Of a DNA stretch of 64,000 bases, positions 17,665-26,309 are shown in pieces; the first letter of the stretch is position 1; each line of letters opens with the position of its first letter. The DNA comes from Rhodobacterales bacterium (GTDB taxonomy: Bacteria > Pseudomonadota > Alphaproteobacteria > Rhodobacterales > CAZPXZ01): NCBI GenBank assembly GCA_965221505.1, contig CBDCSI010000002.1, positions 1,610,052 through 1,674,051 on the forward strand, given 5' to 3'. Position numbers and translations under genes: made by a program. The notes beneath the pieces were generated by a model. That model had not been told where the DNA came from, did not search any database, and was given only the letters and a program-made list of their open reading frames with translations.

Positions 17665-18564
17665 TTATCGCGGTTCGGTTGGTGCGGGGATTCGGAGGAA
17701 GGGGCTTTTCTGGAGGATTTCGTTCCAGTCCTTGTGTTCGGGGGGTCTGAGGCGTTGGATTCGATTGTCGGAGCGACATAGTCTTCGAGCGAGTTCGTCG
17801 CCGGTCGCGTCGGCGTCGAACGCGCAGAGGATGCGCTTGGGGTTCCATGCGTCGATCCATTCGGGCAGTGCGGCGGTTGCGCCGGCGGTGGAGACGACGG
17901 CGGTTTCGGGGTTGGGCGGGCTCTTGAGGTGGAGGAGGGATATTGCGTCGATCGCGCTCTCGGTGAGGATGACGGTGTGTGGCGGTCGGGCGCTGGAGCG
18001 CATCCAGAATCCGCCGCGCGCTTTTCGGGATCCCGGCGCCATGCCGCGCCAGGGCCGGTCGGGTCGGGTTCCGACGATTTCCGCGCCGGTGCGGGTTCCG
18101 GCTGCGTCGGAGCAGAGGAAGACGGCGTTGTCTCGGGCGTCGGCGCGCAGGACGTCGCGTCCGCGCGCGACGTCGAGGAGGGTGCGAGGCAGGTGTCGGA
18201 CGCAGACGAGGAAGTCGTAGACGGCGAACCATGCGTGATCGCAGTGTGTCGGGATGCGGATCGGGTCGGGTTCGCCGGGTTCGTCCTCGGGCGTCGCGGC
18301 GTTTTCGTTCGGGAACTCGGCTTCGAGGAACTCGACGGCGTCGGCGAAGCGGCATCTGCGGGCATGGATGACGAGATCGATGGCGCCGCCGCGTCCGGCC
18401 TGGCGGAGATGGTCGTAGAACTTGACGCCGCGGATGGAGAGGACGGAGCCGGGCCGTTTCCATCGGCGCGGGTCCGTGGGGTCCTGTCGATAGCCGAGAG
18501 CGGCGGCGACGGGTTCGAGCGGCTGGTTGCGGATGCGTTCGAGCCGTTTTCGCGACCGTCTCAC
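17665..18564 (-). CDS. Toprim domain protein with a primase-like N-terminal region lacking zinc-finger cysteines.
   Basis: A GTG start at 18564 overlaps the ATPase stop (GTGA). The N-terminal part reads LSIRGVKFYDHLRQAGRGGAIDLVIHARRCRFADAVEFL. The C-terminal Toprim-like part has VILTESAIDAISL and ILCAFDADATGDELARRL. Confidence 0.78.
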   Translation of the reverse strand: MRRSRKRLERIRNQPLEPVAAALGYRQDPTDPRRWKRPGSVLSIRGVKFYDHLRQAGRGGAIDLVIHARRCRFADAVEFLEAEFPNENAATPEDEPGEPDPIRIPTHCDHAWFAVYDFLVCVRHLPRTLLDVARGRDVLRADARDNAVFLCSDAAGTRTGAEIVGTRPDRPWRGMAPGSRKARGGFWMRSSARPPHTVILTESAIDAISLLHLKSPPNPETAVVSTAGATAALPEWIDAWNPKRILCAFDADATGDELARRLCRSDNRIQRLRPPEHKDWNEILQKSPFLRIPAPTEPR

Positions 18565-19367
18565 GGGGCGACCTCGCGGGTTGCCTTTTCGACATGCTCC
18601 GGGGTGGCGGCGTCGGCCTTTTCGCTCGCGGCGGCGCAGAGGGCGTAGTGAGCGATGTGGTTGAGCTGCCGCGGCACCCCTGCGGAGGCGAGGAAGAGGC
18701 TCTCGACGGCGGCGGGTTCGAACAGCGGGAGGTCGGCCGGGGCTCCGGCGGCGGCGATGCGGTGCCGGAGGTAGGGTTCGACTTCGTCGCGCTCGAGATG
18801 CGCCATCTGGTGCCGCAGGACGAGGCGCTGGGCGAGGGATTCGTAGGCCGTCAGTTCGAGCCGCTTGCGCAAGGGCGTGACGCCGACGAGGATCATGCAG
18901 AGGCGGGCGTCGGCGTCCATGCCGTAGTTGCACAACAGCCGGAGGTCTTCGAGCACGGGATCGCGCAGCAGGTGCGCTTCGTCGACGACGAGAACGGGAA
19001 AGCGTCCGTTCTCCTCCACCATCGCTCCGACCCGCTCGCGAATGGCGGCGTGGGCGACGGCGCGGGACCCTCGGCGCGGCAGGCCGAAGGCGTCGCACAG
19101 GGCGTAGCAGGCGTCGCGGACGCTGCCGGCGAGGAGGGCGGGGTAACAGACCTTGTAGCGCGCGCGAGGCAACGTCGCGGCGAGGCGCCGGCATGCGGCG
19201 GTCTTTCCGGAGCCGACCTCGCCGGTGAGGAGGCCGATGCCGCGCCGTTCGGCGAGGTGCTCCAGGCGAGCGCCGGCCTCCTTCAGGGCCCGGCTGGCGA
19301 ACAGGCCGTCGGCCTCGAGCGAGGGTTCGAAGGGGTATTGGCGGAAGCCGAACTGTCGCATGTACAT
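18561..19367 (-). CDS. AAA ATPase of the ExeA/TniB-like type (transposition helper).
   Basis: It has Walker A GEVGSGKT and Walker B VLVVDEAHLL. At 268 aa it is comparable to Tn552 p271 and to TniB. Its start shares one nucleotide with the transposase stop. Confidence 0.88.
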   Translation of the reverse strand: MYMRQFGFRQYPFEPSLEADGLFASRALKEAGARLEHLAERRGIGLLTGEVGSGKTAACRRLAATLPRARYKVCYPALLAGSVRDACYALCDAFGLPRRGSRAVAHAAIRERVGAMVEENGRFPVLVVDEAHLLRDPVLEDLRLLCNYGMDADARLCMILVGVTPLRKRLELTAYESLAQRLVLRHQMAHLERDEVEPYLRHRIAAAGAPADLPLFEPAAVESLFLASAGVPRQLNHIAHYALCAAASEKADAATPEHVEKATREVAP

Positions 19368-20716
19368 CAGGCGTCTCCGTCCGACGGATCGTCGTCGCGG
19401 CTAAACGAGATCCCGGGGCTGGGCGGCTTCTTCCGACGCCGGCGGGCGTTGGCGGCGAGGTCGACCGGCGTGGCGAACCCGGCGTCGCGGCCGTCGAGCG
19501 TGACGCGGATGGGCCGCTGCGTCGGCGCCTTGGGGTCGACGTGCAGCACGACCCTCTTGCCGACGAGATGCGCGTCGACCTCGTAGAACCGGTTCCGCAG
19601 CCGCACCGTCTGGTCCTTGTAGACCCGGCGTTCCTCCTCGAGCAAAAACAGGGCGTCGAGATCGAGCGCGGGATCGAAGTACTTCACCTCGCCGCCGGTC
19701 ATCGCCCACTTCTCCAACGGCGAGACGCCGATCCCGCCGTGCGGCGAACGGTGGTACTCCCTCTCGACCCAGACGTGGAACCGCCGGTTCAGCGTGTCGA
19801 GGTCGCGCGTGCCCTCGGCGTCCAGGTGGGTCAGGAACGAGCCGCGAACGGTGCGGAAGAACCGTTCGATCTTGCCCTTTCCCGCGGGATCCTGGGCCCG
19901 CGCATACGCCAGCGAGACGTCCAGCTTGGCGCAGACCAGCCTGGTGTGCAGCGAGCGATACGCGGACCCGTTGTCGACATACAGCCGGTCCGGCTTGCCG
20001 CGCCGCTCCAGCGCGCCCCGAAAGACCTGCAGGAAGTTCGCCGTGTCTTCGGAGAAGCGGAACTCGGCGTACGGCACCACGCGCGTGGCGTCGTCGAGAA
20101 ACAGGATCAGATACGTCTTCCGCTTGACCCCCTTGCGCGAGCCGTCGGGAACCCGCGGCCCGTGCAGCACGTCGCTCATCCACAGCTCGCCGGCGAACTC
20201 GTAGCCGAACTTCCGGCGCTCGACCGACGGGCCGGCGGCCCGCGGGTCCATGAGCCCCTCGTTGCGGAACAGCCGATACACCGTCGAGCGCGACAGCGGC
20301 TCGGCCTGCGGCACCCGGCCCTCGGCACGCGCCGTGCGGATCACCCGCGGCACGCTGCTCGCCGGACTCGCCCGCTTGATCTCCAGCAACGCCTCGATCG
20401 TCTCGGGGCGCAACCGGCGCGTCGTGCCCCGGTCCCGGCGCCGCTTCGGCTTCAGCCCGTCGAGGCCCTCCGCCTCATACCGCCGAAACCAGTCCCGAAT
20501 CGTCTGCGGCGCGATCCGCGTCCGCTCCGAACCCGGAATCGCCCACTTCCGGGCGGAAAGCTCCCGAAGCCGCTCGCGCCACGCCTTCGTCCCCCGCGTC
20601 TCCAGCCGCAGCGGCGAAATCACCCAGTGCCGGAACACGGCCACCGTCTTCCTCCGGTCGCTCCTCTCCCGTATCCGGCGGCCTTCCGCCTCTCTCCGGC
20701 GCCTCTCCTCACTCAT
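19367..20716 (-). CDS. DDE-type (rve) transposase with a Mu-transposase-like C-terminal domain.
   Basis: It has an N-terminal HTH region (IRDWFRRYEAEGLDGLKPKRR). The DDE candidates are LWMSDVLHG, LYVDNGSAY and GKGKIERFF. The C-terminal segment RRVYKDQTVRLRNRFYEVD..VVLHVDP resembles the Mu transposase C-terminal domain. Confidence 0.9.
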   Translation of the reverse strand: MSEERRRREAEGRRIRERSDRRKTVAVFRHWVISPLRLETRGTKAWRERLRELSARKWAIPGSERTRIAPQTIRDWFRRYEAEGLDGLKPKRRRDRGTTRRLRPETIEALLEIKRASPASSVPRVIRTARAEGRVPQAEPLSRSTVYRLFRNEGLMDPRAAGPSVERRKFGYEFAGELWMSDVLHGPRVPDGSRKGVKRKTYLILFLDDATRVVPYAEFRFSEDTANFLQVFRGALERRGKPDRLYVDNGSAYRSLHTRLVCAKLDVSLAYARAQDPAGKGKIERFFRTVRGSFLTHLDAEGTRDLDTLNRRFHVWVEREYHRSPHGGIGVSPLEKWAMTGGEVKYFDPALDLDALFLLEEERRVYKDQTVRLRNRFYEVDAHLVGKRVVLHVDPKAPTQRPIRVTLDGRDAGFATPVDLAANARRRRKKPPSPGISFSRDDDPSDGDA

Positions 20717-21449
20717 CGTCGCCTCCTTCCGGCGGTCCCCGCGGCCCTACATGCCGCGCTCGGGGACCGTAGATCCCCTCAACCCCCGAAACGATCCCCG
20801 ACAAGTGTTGCAGCCGCTCCGCAGCCGCCGGATCGCGCTCCTCCGGCAAACGGAAGCCAACCGGAGGCCAAATCCGATGAAGAAAATCCGCGCACAGAAC
20901 CCGAAGCGCGACCAGAAGCCAGGGCACCCCCAGCGCCGCGCGCAGCGACGCCGCCGTCGGCTCGCAACCCGAAAACCGATCCGGAAACAACCCTCGCACC
21001 GAACGGAGCGCAGCCGCCGTCGCGTGCAGCCGCCGACGAACCCAGCGCTCCCGAAACGGCAGGTCGACCTCGTCCCCCGCCGGATGCAACGCAGCCGCCT
21101 GAACCACGTTCGACGCAGCCGCAGCCCCGACAACCTCTTCCCACTCCCTCAGCTGGCCCGGAAAGCGGGCCGCAAAGCAATCCGGCAAGAGCGAAAACGT
21201 CACCCGACCCTTCCGGCAGTAGTAACGCGCGATCTTCGCTCGCTTCGACGGATCGGTAGAACACACCCGACGAGAATACGTGCCGTGGCGCGCGAAACCG
21301 CAACCGCCCGACGGATGAACCGGACAACGGCGCAGAGTCGCACGCTGCCAGCCTTTGTCGCTAACATACGCCTCGCCGGGGAGATCTGTTGCCAATCGAA
21401 GCTGAATCGTTCCCGGCCATGGCCCGGCGGCGCCCACCGCGCGGGCCAC
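20709..21449 (-). CDS. Hypothetical protein with an N-terminal Cys/His zinc-ribbon-like motif (DUF6431-like).
   Basis: This 246-aa ORF overlaps the transposase start by 8 nt. The motif RRCPVHPSGGCGFARHGTYSRR..ARYYCRKGRVTFSLLPD resembles the DUF6431 pattern found upstream of, or fused to, transposases (recalled from memory). Confidence 0.6.
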   Translation of the reverse strand: MARAVGAAGPWPGTIQLRLATDLPGEAYVSDKGWQRATLRRCPVHPSGGCGFARHGTYSRRVCSTDPSKRAKIARYYCRKGRVTFSLLPDCFAARFPGQLREWEEVVGAAAASNVVQAAALHPAGDEVDLPFRERWVRRRLHATAAALRSVRGLFPDRFSGCEPTAASLRAALGVPWLLVALRVLCADFLHRIWPPVGFRLPEERDPAAAERLQHLSGIVSGVEGIYGPRARHVGPRGPPEGGDDE

Positions 21450-21455
21450 CTCCCG

Positions 21456-21624
21456 CTACCTCCCGGTACGACCCCCAAAACGCCAGTACGGCACCGACGA
21501 GAAAGCCGATCCTCCGAACGACAACATACCCGCAGCCGCACCTACCCGGAAGAGAACCTACCCCTACCCGGAAGGAATCCCCCTCCAGGACCCGCTACCC
21601 GGAAACCCTCCGCTACTCGGGAAG
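21456..21624. repeat. Five direct copies of a CTACC(N0-2)CGG(A/G)A-like motif upstream of the transposon operon.
   Basis: The copies are CTACCTCCCGG at 21456, CTACCCGGAAG at 21542 and 21564, CTACCCGGAAA at 21595, and CTACTCGGGAAG at 21613. All lie within 175 nt upstream of the 21449 start. Confidence 0.6.
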
Positions 21625-22277
21625 GGAGACAGCCGTGCCGCTCTCGCCCGGAAACGCGGCCGTCCGCTTACGCGCCAATCCGAAACCAAACCGCCCCCTA
21701 CCGTCAAAATAATGCGCCCCGCTACACAGCCAATGCAGCAGTGCAGGCGGCAGTGGTGAGTCGGATGGTGGCCATGCGCTGGCAGTGCGGCCGAGGTTCA
21801 GGGAATCAGGGCCGAGGACGCCCGGATCAGGTAGTAGTACCCTTCCCGCATTACGACGGTTTCGGATCCGCGGTTTCTGTTGTTTGCCCCCAAGGCCGCA
21901 GATACCTGCCGCGAGACTGACCCGGCGGGGGCCTGCAAGCGAAACGGCTATCTGGCTCAGAGGTTGCCCTAACTGGGAGATTCTCTCCAGCCAAGAGTCC
22001 AACGGGCCCCGGTGCCCCAACGCTCAACTGTCTCCGAGGCGTCGGATACGCGACCGGCGGCTCGCCTTCCGCCTTGAACGGAACGATCCGTCGACTACGC
22101 TGAGGCGTACCCTGTGACGACACACACGTCTCCGTTCCAGGTAGAACGGTTGGGGAGGAGAACGACGCGGCATGCCCGATCCAACGCGCGACAGGATGCA
22201 GGCTCCTCCCCGAGACGCCCCTCGGGGACCGAGGGGCGGCTGATCCGCGGGCGGCGAACTCTGATCGGCAGGCGAAT

Positions 22278-24716
22278 ATGAGCGTCCACGCGGACTCGCC
22301 CCGCTTCCTCCATCTCGCCGCGGTGGCGCTCCTCTCGGCCGCCACGCTCGGCTACGAAGTCGTCCTGACCCGCCTTCTGGCGATCGTGCAGTGGCATCAC
22401 TTCGCCTACATGGTGATCGCGAGCGCGCTTCTCGGCATCGGCGCCAGCGGTACGTTCCTTTTGGTTTTCGGCAGTCGCATCCGGCTCGCGATCGAACCCT
22501 TCCTCGCAGCGGCGGCGCTCGCCTTCGCCGTCGCCGCTCCCCTGTGTTTCGCATTGGCGCAACGAATTCCTTTCAACGTGCTCGAACTGCCCTGGACCCT
22601 GCGTCCGTTCGGCTGGCTATTCGCGATCGAGCTCCTGCTCGCCCTTCCGTTCTTCCTCGCCGCCACGGGGATCGGTCGCGCCCTCGTCGCCTTCGGAGAT
22701 CGGCTGTCGCGCGTCTACGCCGCGGATCTCGTGGGCGCCGGCCTCGGCGCCGTTGCCGCCGTTGGCTTGTTGTACTGGCTTCCTCCCGAGCGGACGCTCG
22801 ACGGTCTCACGGCCATGGCGGCGCTCGCGGCCGGCTTGGCGGCGCTCGGCGCCGCACAGATCCTGCGGCGGTTCCTCATGCTTCCCGCGGCCGGCCTCCT
22901 CCTCCTGGCGATCGTCGGCACCGGCTGGGTCGAGCTTCGGATCTCGCCGTTCAAGCCCCTCCCGCAGGCGCTTCGAGTCGACGGCGCCGTCCTCGCCGAA
23001 ACGGGGTTCGACGCCCTCGGCCTGGTGAGCGCGGTCGAGAACGACACCGTACCGCTCAGATGGGCGCCGGGGCTGAGCCTGCTGGCGAGGGAACCGGTTC
23101 CGGAGCAGGTGGCCCTCTTTGTCGACGCCGGCGGTCCGATCGCGATCACGCGGTATCGGGAGCGCGAACGGCCGCCGGCGTTTCTGGACGGCCTGACCTC
23201 CGCGCTCCCGTATCGGCTTCTCGACCGTCCGCGCGTCCTGGCGCTCGAGCCGCAAGGCGGCGGGCCGGTCTTGCAGGCGCTCGGCGCCGGTGCCGATTCG
23301 GTGGATGCGGTCGAGATTCGGCCGCATGTCGCGGCGCTGATACGGGATCGCTACGGGACGTATTCGGGAAACCTGTACCGCGATCCCCGCGTGCGGCTGC
23401 ATGTCGGCGATCCGCGATCGTTCGTCGAGTCCGTGCCCCGGGGTTCCTGGGATCTCATCCAGGTCAGCGCGCTCGGCGCCAGTCCCTCCGGTCTCGACGC
23501 GCTTCGGGAAGAGCGATTGCTGAGCCGCGAGTCCCTCCAGGCCATGCTCACGCGTCTCGCACCCGACGGACTTCTCGCGATTACCGGCTGGGCCCAGCTT
23601 CCGCCGCGCGGCGGCGCCCGGCTGCTTGCGACCGCGCTCCAGGCGCTCGACGCGGAGGGAGGCGGCGCGGCGGGCGACCGGCTGGCCTGGATTCGAAGCT
23701 GGAACACGACGACCCTCGTCCTGGCCCGTTCCGCGCTGACGAGTGCCCAGGTCGAGGCGGTTCGGGATTTTGCCGCCGAGCGGGCCTTCGACGTGATTCA
23801 CGTTCCCGGCATGGCGGACTCGGAGGCCAACCGGTTCAACGTCCTCGATCGCCCGTGGTTCCGGGAGGTTGCGAAGGGCCTCATCGGGCCGGAGCGCGAC
23901 GCATTCGTCGAGGGCTACAAGTTCGACATCCGTCCGGCGACGGACGACAGGCCCTACTTGTGGAGCTTTTTCCGCTGGGGGCATGCGGCGGAGATTCTGG
24001 CGCTGAGCCGGGAGGGCGGAATCGGCCTGCTCGCCGTCGGCTATCTGGCGCTGCCGGCCACGCTCCTGCAGGCGGCGGTGTTGAGTTCGCTCCTGATCCT
24101 CCTGCCGCTGGCGTTTCTCCGACGGCAAAGCGGCGGCGGGGCGCGCCGCGGCCCCGCGCTCGGCGCGTTCGCCTGCCTCGGACTGGCGTTTCTGCTCACC
24201 GAAATTGCGTTCGTCAGCCTCTTCACGGTTCTGCTCAGCCATCCGGTGCATGCGCTGGCGGTCGTGCTGGCTTCGTTTCTCGTCTTCGCCGGTGCGGGAA
24301 GCTGGATCGCGGGAAGGCGGAGGGACCGTCACTCGATCTCCGGTCCCGTCGCCGGCATCGTCGGGGTCTCCGTTCTATACGCGGGCGCGCTGCCCCTCCT
24401 CACCGGCTGGTTGCTCGGCGCATCGCCGGCCGGCAAGATCCTGGCGACGGTTGCGCTGGTCGCGCCGATCGCGACCCTCATGGGGATGCCGTTTCCCCGG
24501 ACGCTCGCCCGGCTTCGCCGGCTGGATCCGGCGCTGGTTCCCTGGGCGTGGGGCGCCAACGGGTGCGCCTCGGTGATCGGCGCGGTGCTCGCCATGCTGC
24601 TGGCCATCCATTTCGGGCAGCGTTTCGCAATTCTGTCGGCGGCCGTTCTCTACGTCCTGGCAGCGCTCGCCGCGAGTCGCATGGAGCGACCGGACGGGCA
24701 CGGCGCAGAGTCGTGA
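22278..24716 (+). CDS. Spermidine-synthase-like (class I methyltransferase fold) polytopic membrane protein.
   Basis: This 812-aa protein has N- and C-terminal multi-TM blocks. They flank a soluble domain (VLALEPQGGGPVLQALGAGADSVDAVEIRP..VRLHVGDPRSF) that resembles SpeE-like aminopropyltransferases. Confidence 0.78.
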   Translation: MSVHADSPRFLHLAAVALLSAATLGYEVVLTRLLAIVQWHHFAYMVIASALLGIGASGTFLLVFGSRIRLAIEPFLAAAALAFAVAAPLCFALAQRIPFNVLELPWTLRPFGWLFAIELLLALPFFLAATGIGRALVAFGDRLSRVYAADLVGAGLGAVAAVGLLYWLPPERTLDGLTAMAALAAGLAALGAAQILRRFLMLPAAGLLLLAIVGTGWVELRISPFKPLPQALRVDGAVLAETGFDALGLVSAVENDTVPLRWAPGLSLLAREPVPEQVALFVDAGGPIAITRYRERERPPAFLDGLTSALPYRLLDRPRVLALEPQGGGPVLQALGAGADSVDAVEIRPHVAALIRDRYGTYSGNLYRDPRVRLHVGDPRSFVESVPRGSWDLIQVSALGASPSGLDALREERLLSRESLQAMLTRLAPDGLLAITGWAQLPPRGGARLLATALQALDAEGGGAAGDRLAWIRSWNTTTLVLARSALTSAQVEAVRDFAAERAFDVIHVPGMADSEANRFNVLDRPWFREVAKGLIGPERDAFVEGYKFDIRPATDDRPYLWSFFRWGHAAEILALSREGGIGLLAVGYLALPATLLQAAVLSSLLILLPLAFLRRQSGGGARRGPALGAFACLGLAFLLTEIAFVSLFTVLLSHPVHALAVVLASFLVFAGAGSWIAGRRRDRHSISGPVAGIVGVSVLYAGALPLLTGWLLGASPAGKILATVALVAPIATLMGMPFPRTLARLRRLDPALVPWAWGANGCASVIGAVLAMLLAIHFGQRFAILSAAVLYVLAALAASRMERPDGHGAES

Positions 24717-24781
24717 AGCGCCGCACGAGGCGGCAAGAGAACGGGTTCAGGGACGCGCGAGACTGCCTCGAGGGCAGCGGC

Positions 24782-25171
24782 TCAGAGCTCTCCGGCCTCC
24801 TCCAGCACCCTCCTCGCGGACCGGAAGCACTCGAGCCCCTGCGGTACGCCGCAATAGATCGCGACCATGTGAACGATCGCCCGGATCTCGTTCTTCGTGA
24901 CGCCGTTGTTCAGCGCGCCCCGGCAATGCAGCTCCCACTCGGTCATCTTGCCGAGCGCGCCGAGCATCGCCAGGTTCAGCATGGAGCGGGTCCTGGCGTC
25001 GATCGTCGCATCCCCCCAGCCGAAGCCCCAGCACCAGGCGGTCATCGCCTCCTGAAAGGGGCGGGTGAACTCGTCCGCCTGGTCGAGGCTCCGTTGCACG
25101 TAGGATTCGCCGAGCGTGGCCTTTCGCTGCTTCAGGCCCTTCAGGAACAGGTCCTCGTCAAACGCGCTCAT
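24782..25171 (-). CDS. Carboxymuconolactone decarboxylase (CMD/PcaC-like) family protein.
   Basis: ORF 24782..25213 was trimmed to the ATG at 25171, which follows an AAGGAGGA ribosome-binding site. The sequence contains WGDATIDARTRSMLNLAMLGALGK..ELHCRGALNNGVTKNEIRAIVHMVAIYCGVP. Confidence 0.85.
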   Translation of the reverse strand: MSAFDEDLFLKGLKQRKATLGESYVQRSLDQADEFTRPFQEAMTAWCWGFGWGDATIDARTRSMLNLAMLGALGKMTEWELHCRGALNNGVTKNEIRAIVHMVAIYCGVPQGLECFRSARRVLEEAGEL

Positions 25172-25223
25172 CTCTTCGTCCTCCTTGCCCGGACGCGTCC
25201 GGTCGGCCCGCATCGCAGCGGCA

Positions 25224-26306
25224 TCAGGCGGTCAACGCGTCGCGCATCCATTGCTGCAGCGTTTGGATCGAGTGTTCCGACAACACGCCGCAGGCCGGGT
25301 CTACGACCAGGGGGCCGGGGACGTAGCCGCGGCTCTTCAACCCTCGCTGTACCGACTCGACCAGGCGGACGTCTTCCTCGACGGTGGTCTCCCGGTCCTG
25401 TTGCGCCAGCTCCCGTATCACCGTGCGGTCCGTCTCGCCGTCTGCGTACCAGCCGCGCCAGACGACGACGCGGCCGGCGTCGACCGGCCGCCAATGGTAG
25501 GTGTTCAGGACGTTGCCCGGATAGACCTGAAAGCTGAACAGCGGCCACAGAAACCACGCCGAATACCCGTCCCAGTGCTTGCGCGAGCGGTCGATGGGAT
25601 AGGACATGCTCTCGAGGTTCTGACACTCGGCCGTGTGCCGGAGGCAGCGGCCCTGCGGCTGGATGTCGTAGGTCTCCGGGCGAACGACTCCGGTCGAGAA
25701 GGTCCGGTGGTTGCGCGGGCAGTGGTAGCACTCGGAGTAGTTCTCGACGCTCGTCTTCCAGTTGCAGCGCTCCGGAATCTCGATCCACTCGACCGGCCTG
25801 AGATCGGCCCAGTGCGGGAGCCATTCCTGCATCTCCTCCCGCGCCCCCGGAAACCACTCGTCCATGGGCCGGGCGTCTGGGTCGAGATTGACGAAGACGA
25901 AGCCGAGCCAGAGTTCGGTGCGCACGCCGGTGAGGCAGATTGCGGCGCGGTCGAACCCTTCCACCTTCCCGACGTTCGGCCCGGAGCGCAACTCGCCGGT
26001 CAGCTCGTAGGTCCAGGCGTGGTACGGGCAGACCAGGACGCGGGCGTTGCCGGTGCCCTGCACGAGCTGGTGGGCGCGGTGCTGGCAGACGTTGTAGAAG
26101 GTCCGGATCTCGCCGTCGCGCCCCCGGACCGAGAACAGCGACTCGCCGGCGAGTTCGAAGGCGAAGTAATCGCCGGCATCTCTCAACTGGCTGGAATGCC
26201 CGGCAAATTGCCAGGTTCGGGACAACAGGCCGTCCCGCTCCGCCCGGAACGCCTCCGGATCGGTGTAGTAGCGGGCCTCGAGCGAGCGGACGACGGGGAC
26301 GTCCAT
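25224..26306 (-). CDS. Rieske [2Fe-2S] aromatic-ring-hydroxylating-type oxygenase alpha subunit (GbcA/CntA/Stc2-like N-demethylase candidate).
   Basis: It has the Rieske motif CQHRAH..CPYHAWTY and the mononuclear-iron region NYSECYHCPRNH. Its start lies 3 nt after the RpiR stop. Confidence 0.9.
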   Translation of the reverse strand: MDVPVVRSLEARYYTDPEAFRAERDGLLSRTWQFAGHSSQLRDAGDYFAFELAGESLFSVRGRDGEIRTFYNVCQHRAHQLVQGTGNARVLVCPYHAWTYELTGELRSGPNVGKVEGFDRAAICLTGVRTELWLGFVFVNLDPDARPMDEWFPGAREEMQEWLPHWADLRPVEWIEIPERCNWKTSVENYSECYHCPRNHRTFSTGVVRPETYDIQPQGRCLRHTAECQNLESMSYPIDRSRKHWDGYSAWFLWPLFSFQVYPGNVLNTYHWRPVDAGRVVVWRGWYADGETDRTVIRELAQQDRETTVEEDVRLVESVQRGLKSRGYVPGPLVVDPACGVLSEHSIQTLQQWMRDALTA

Positions 26307-26309
26307 GGT

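Larger units (their letters stand above)
17421..21740 (-). mobile_element. Tn552/Tn5053-like transposon module with four coupled genes (Zn-ribbon, DDE transposase, AAA ATPase, Toprim protein); the ends are not resolved.
   Basis: The four minus-strand genes have overlapping stop and start codons. Short inverted and direct repeat motifs occur in both flanking non-coding regions. The boundaries given are approximate outer limits. Confidence 0.6.

Noticed and set aside
22391-25537. A 1048-aa ORF, together with other very long ORFs (2597..4714 +, 9825..12497 + upstream part, 27188..29755 -, 35618..37846 +, 55142..57622 +).
   Set aside because: All of them overlap genes with clear family-level sequence in another frame or strand. 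Their products are Arg/Pro-rich with no recognisable motifs. They are high-GC artefacts.
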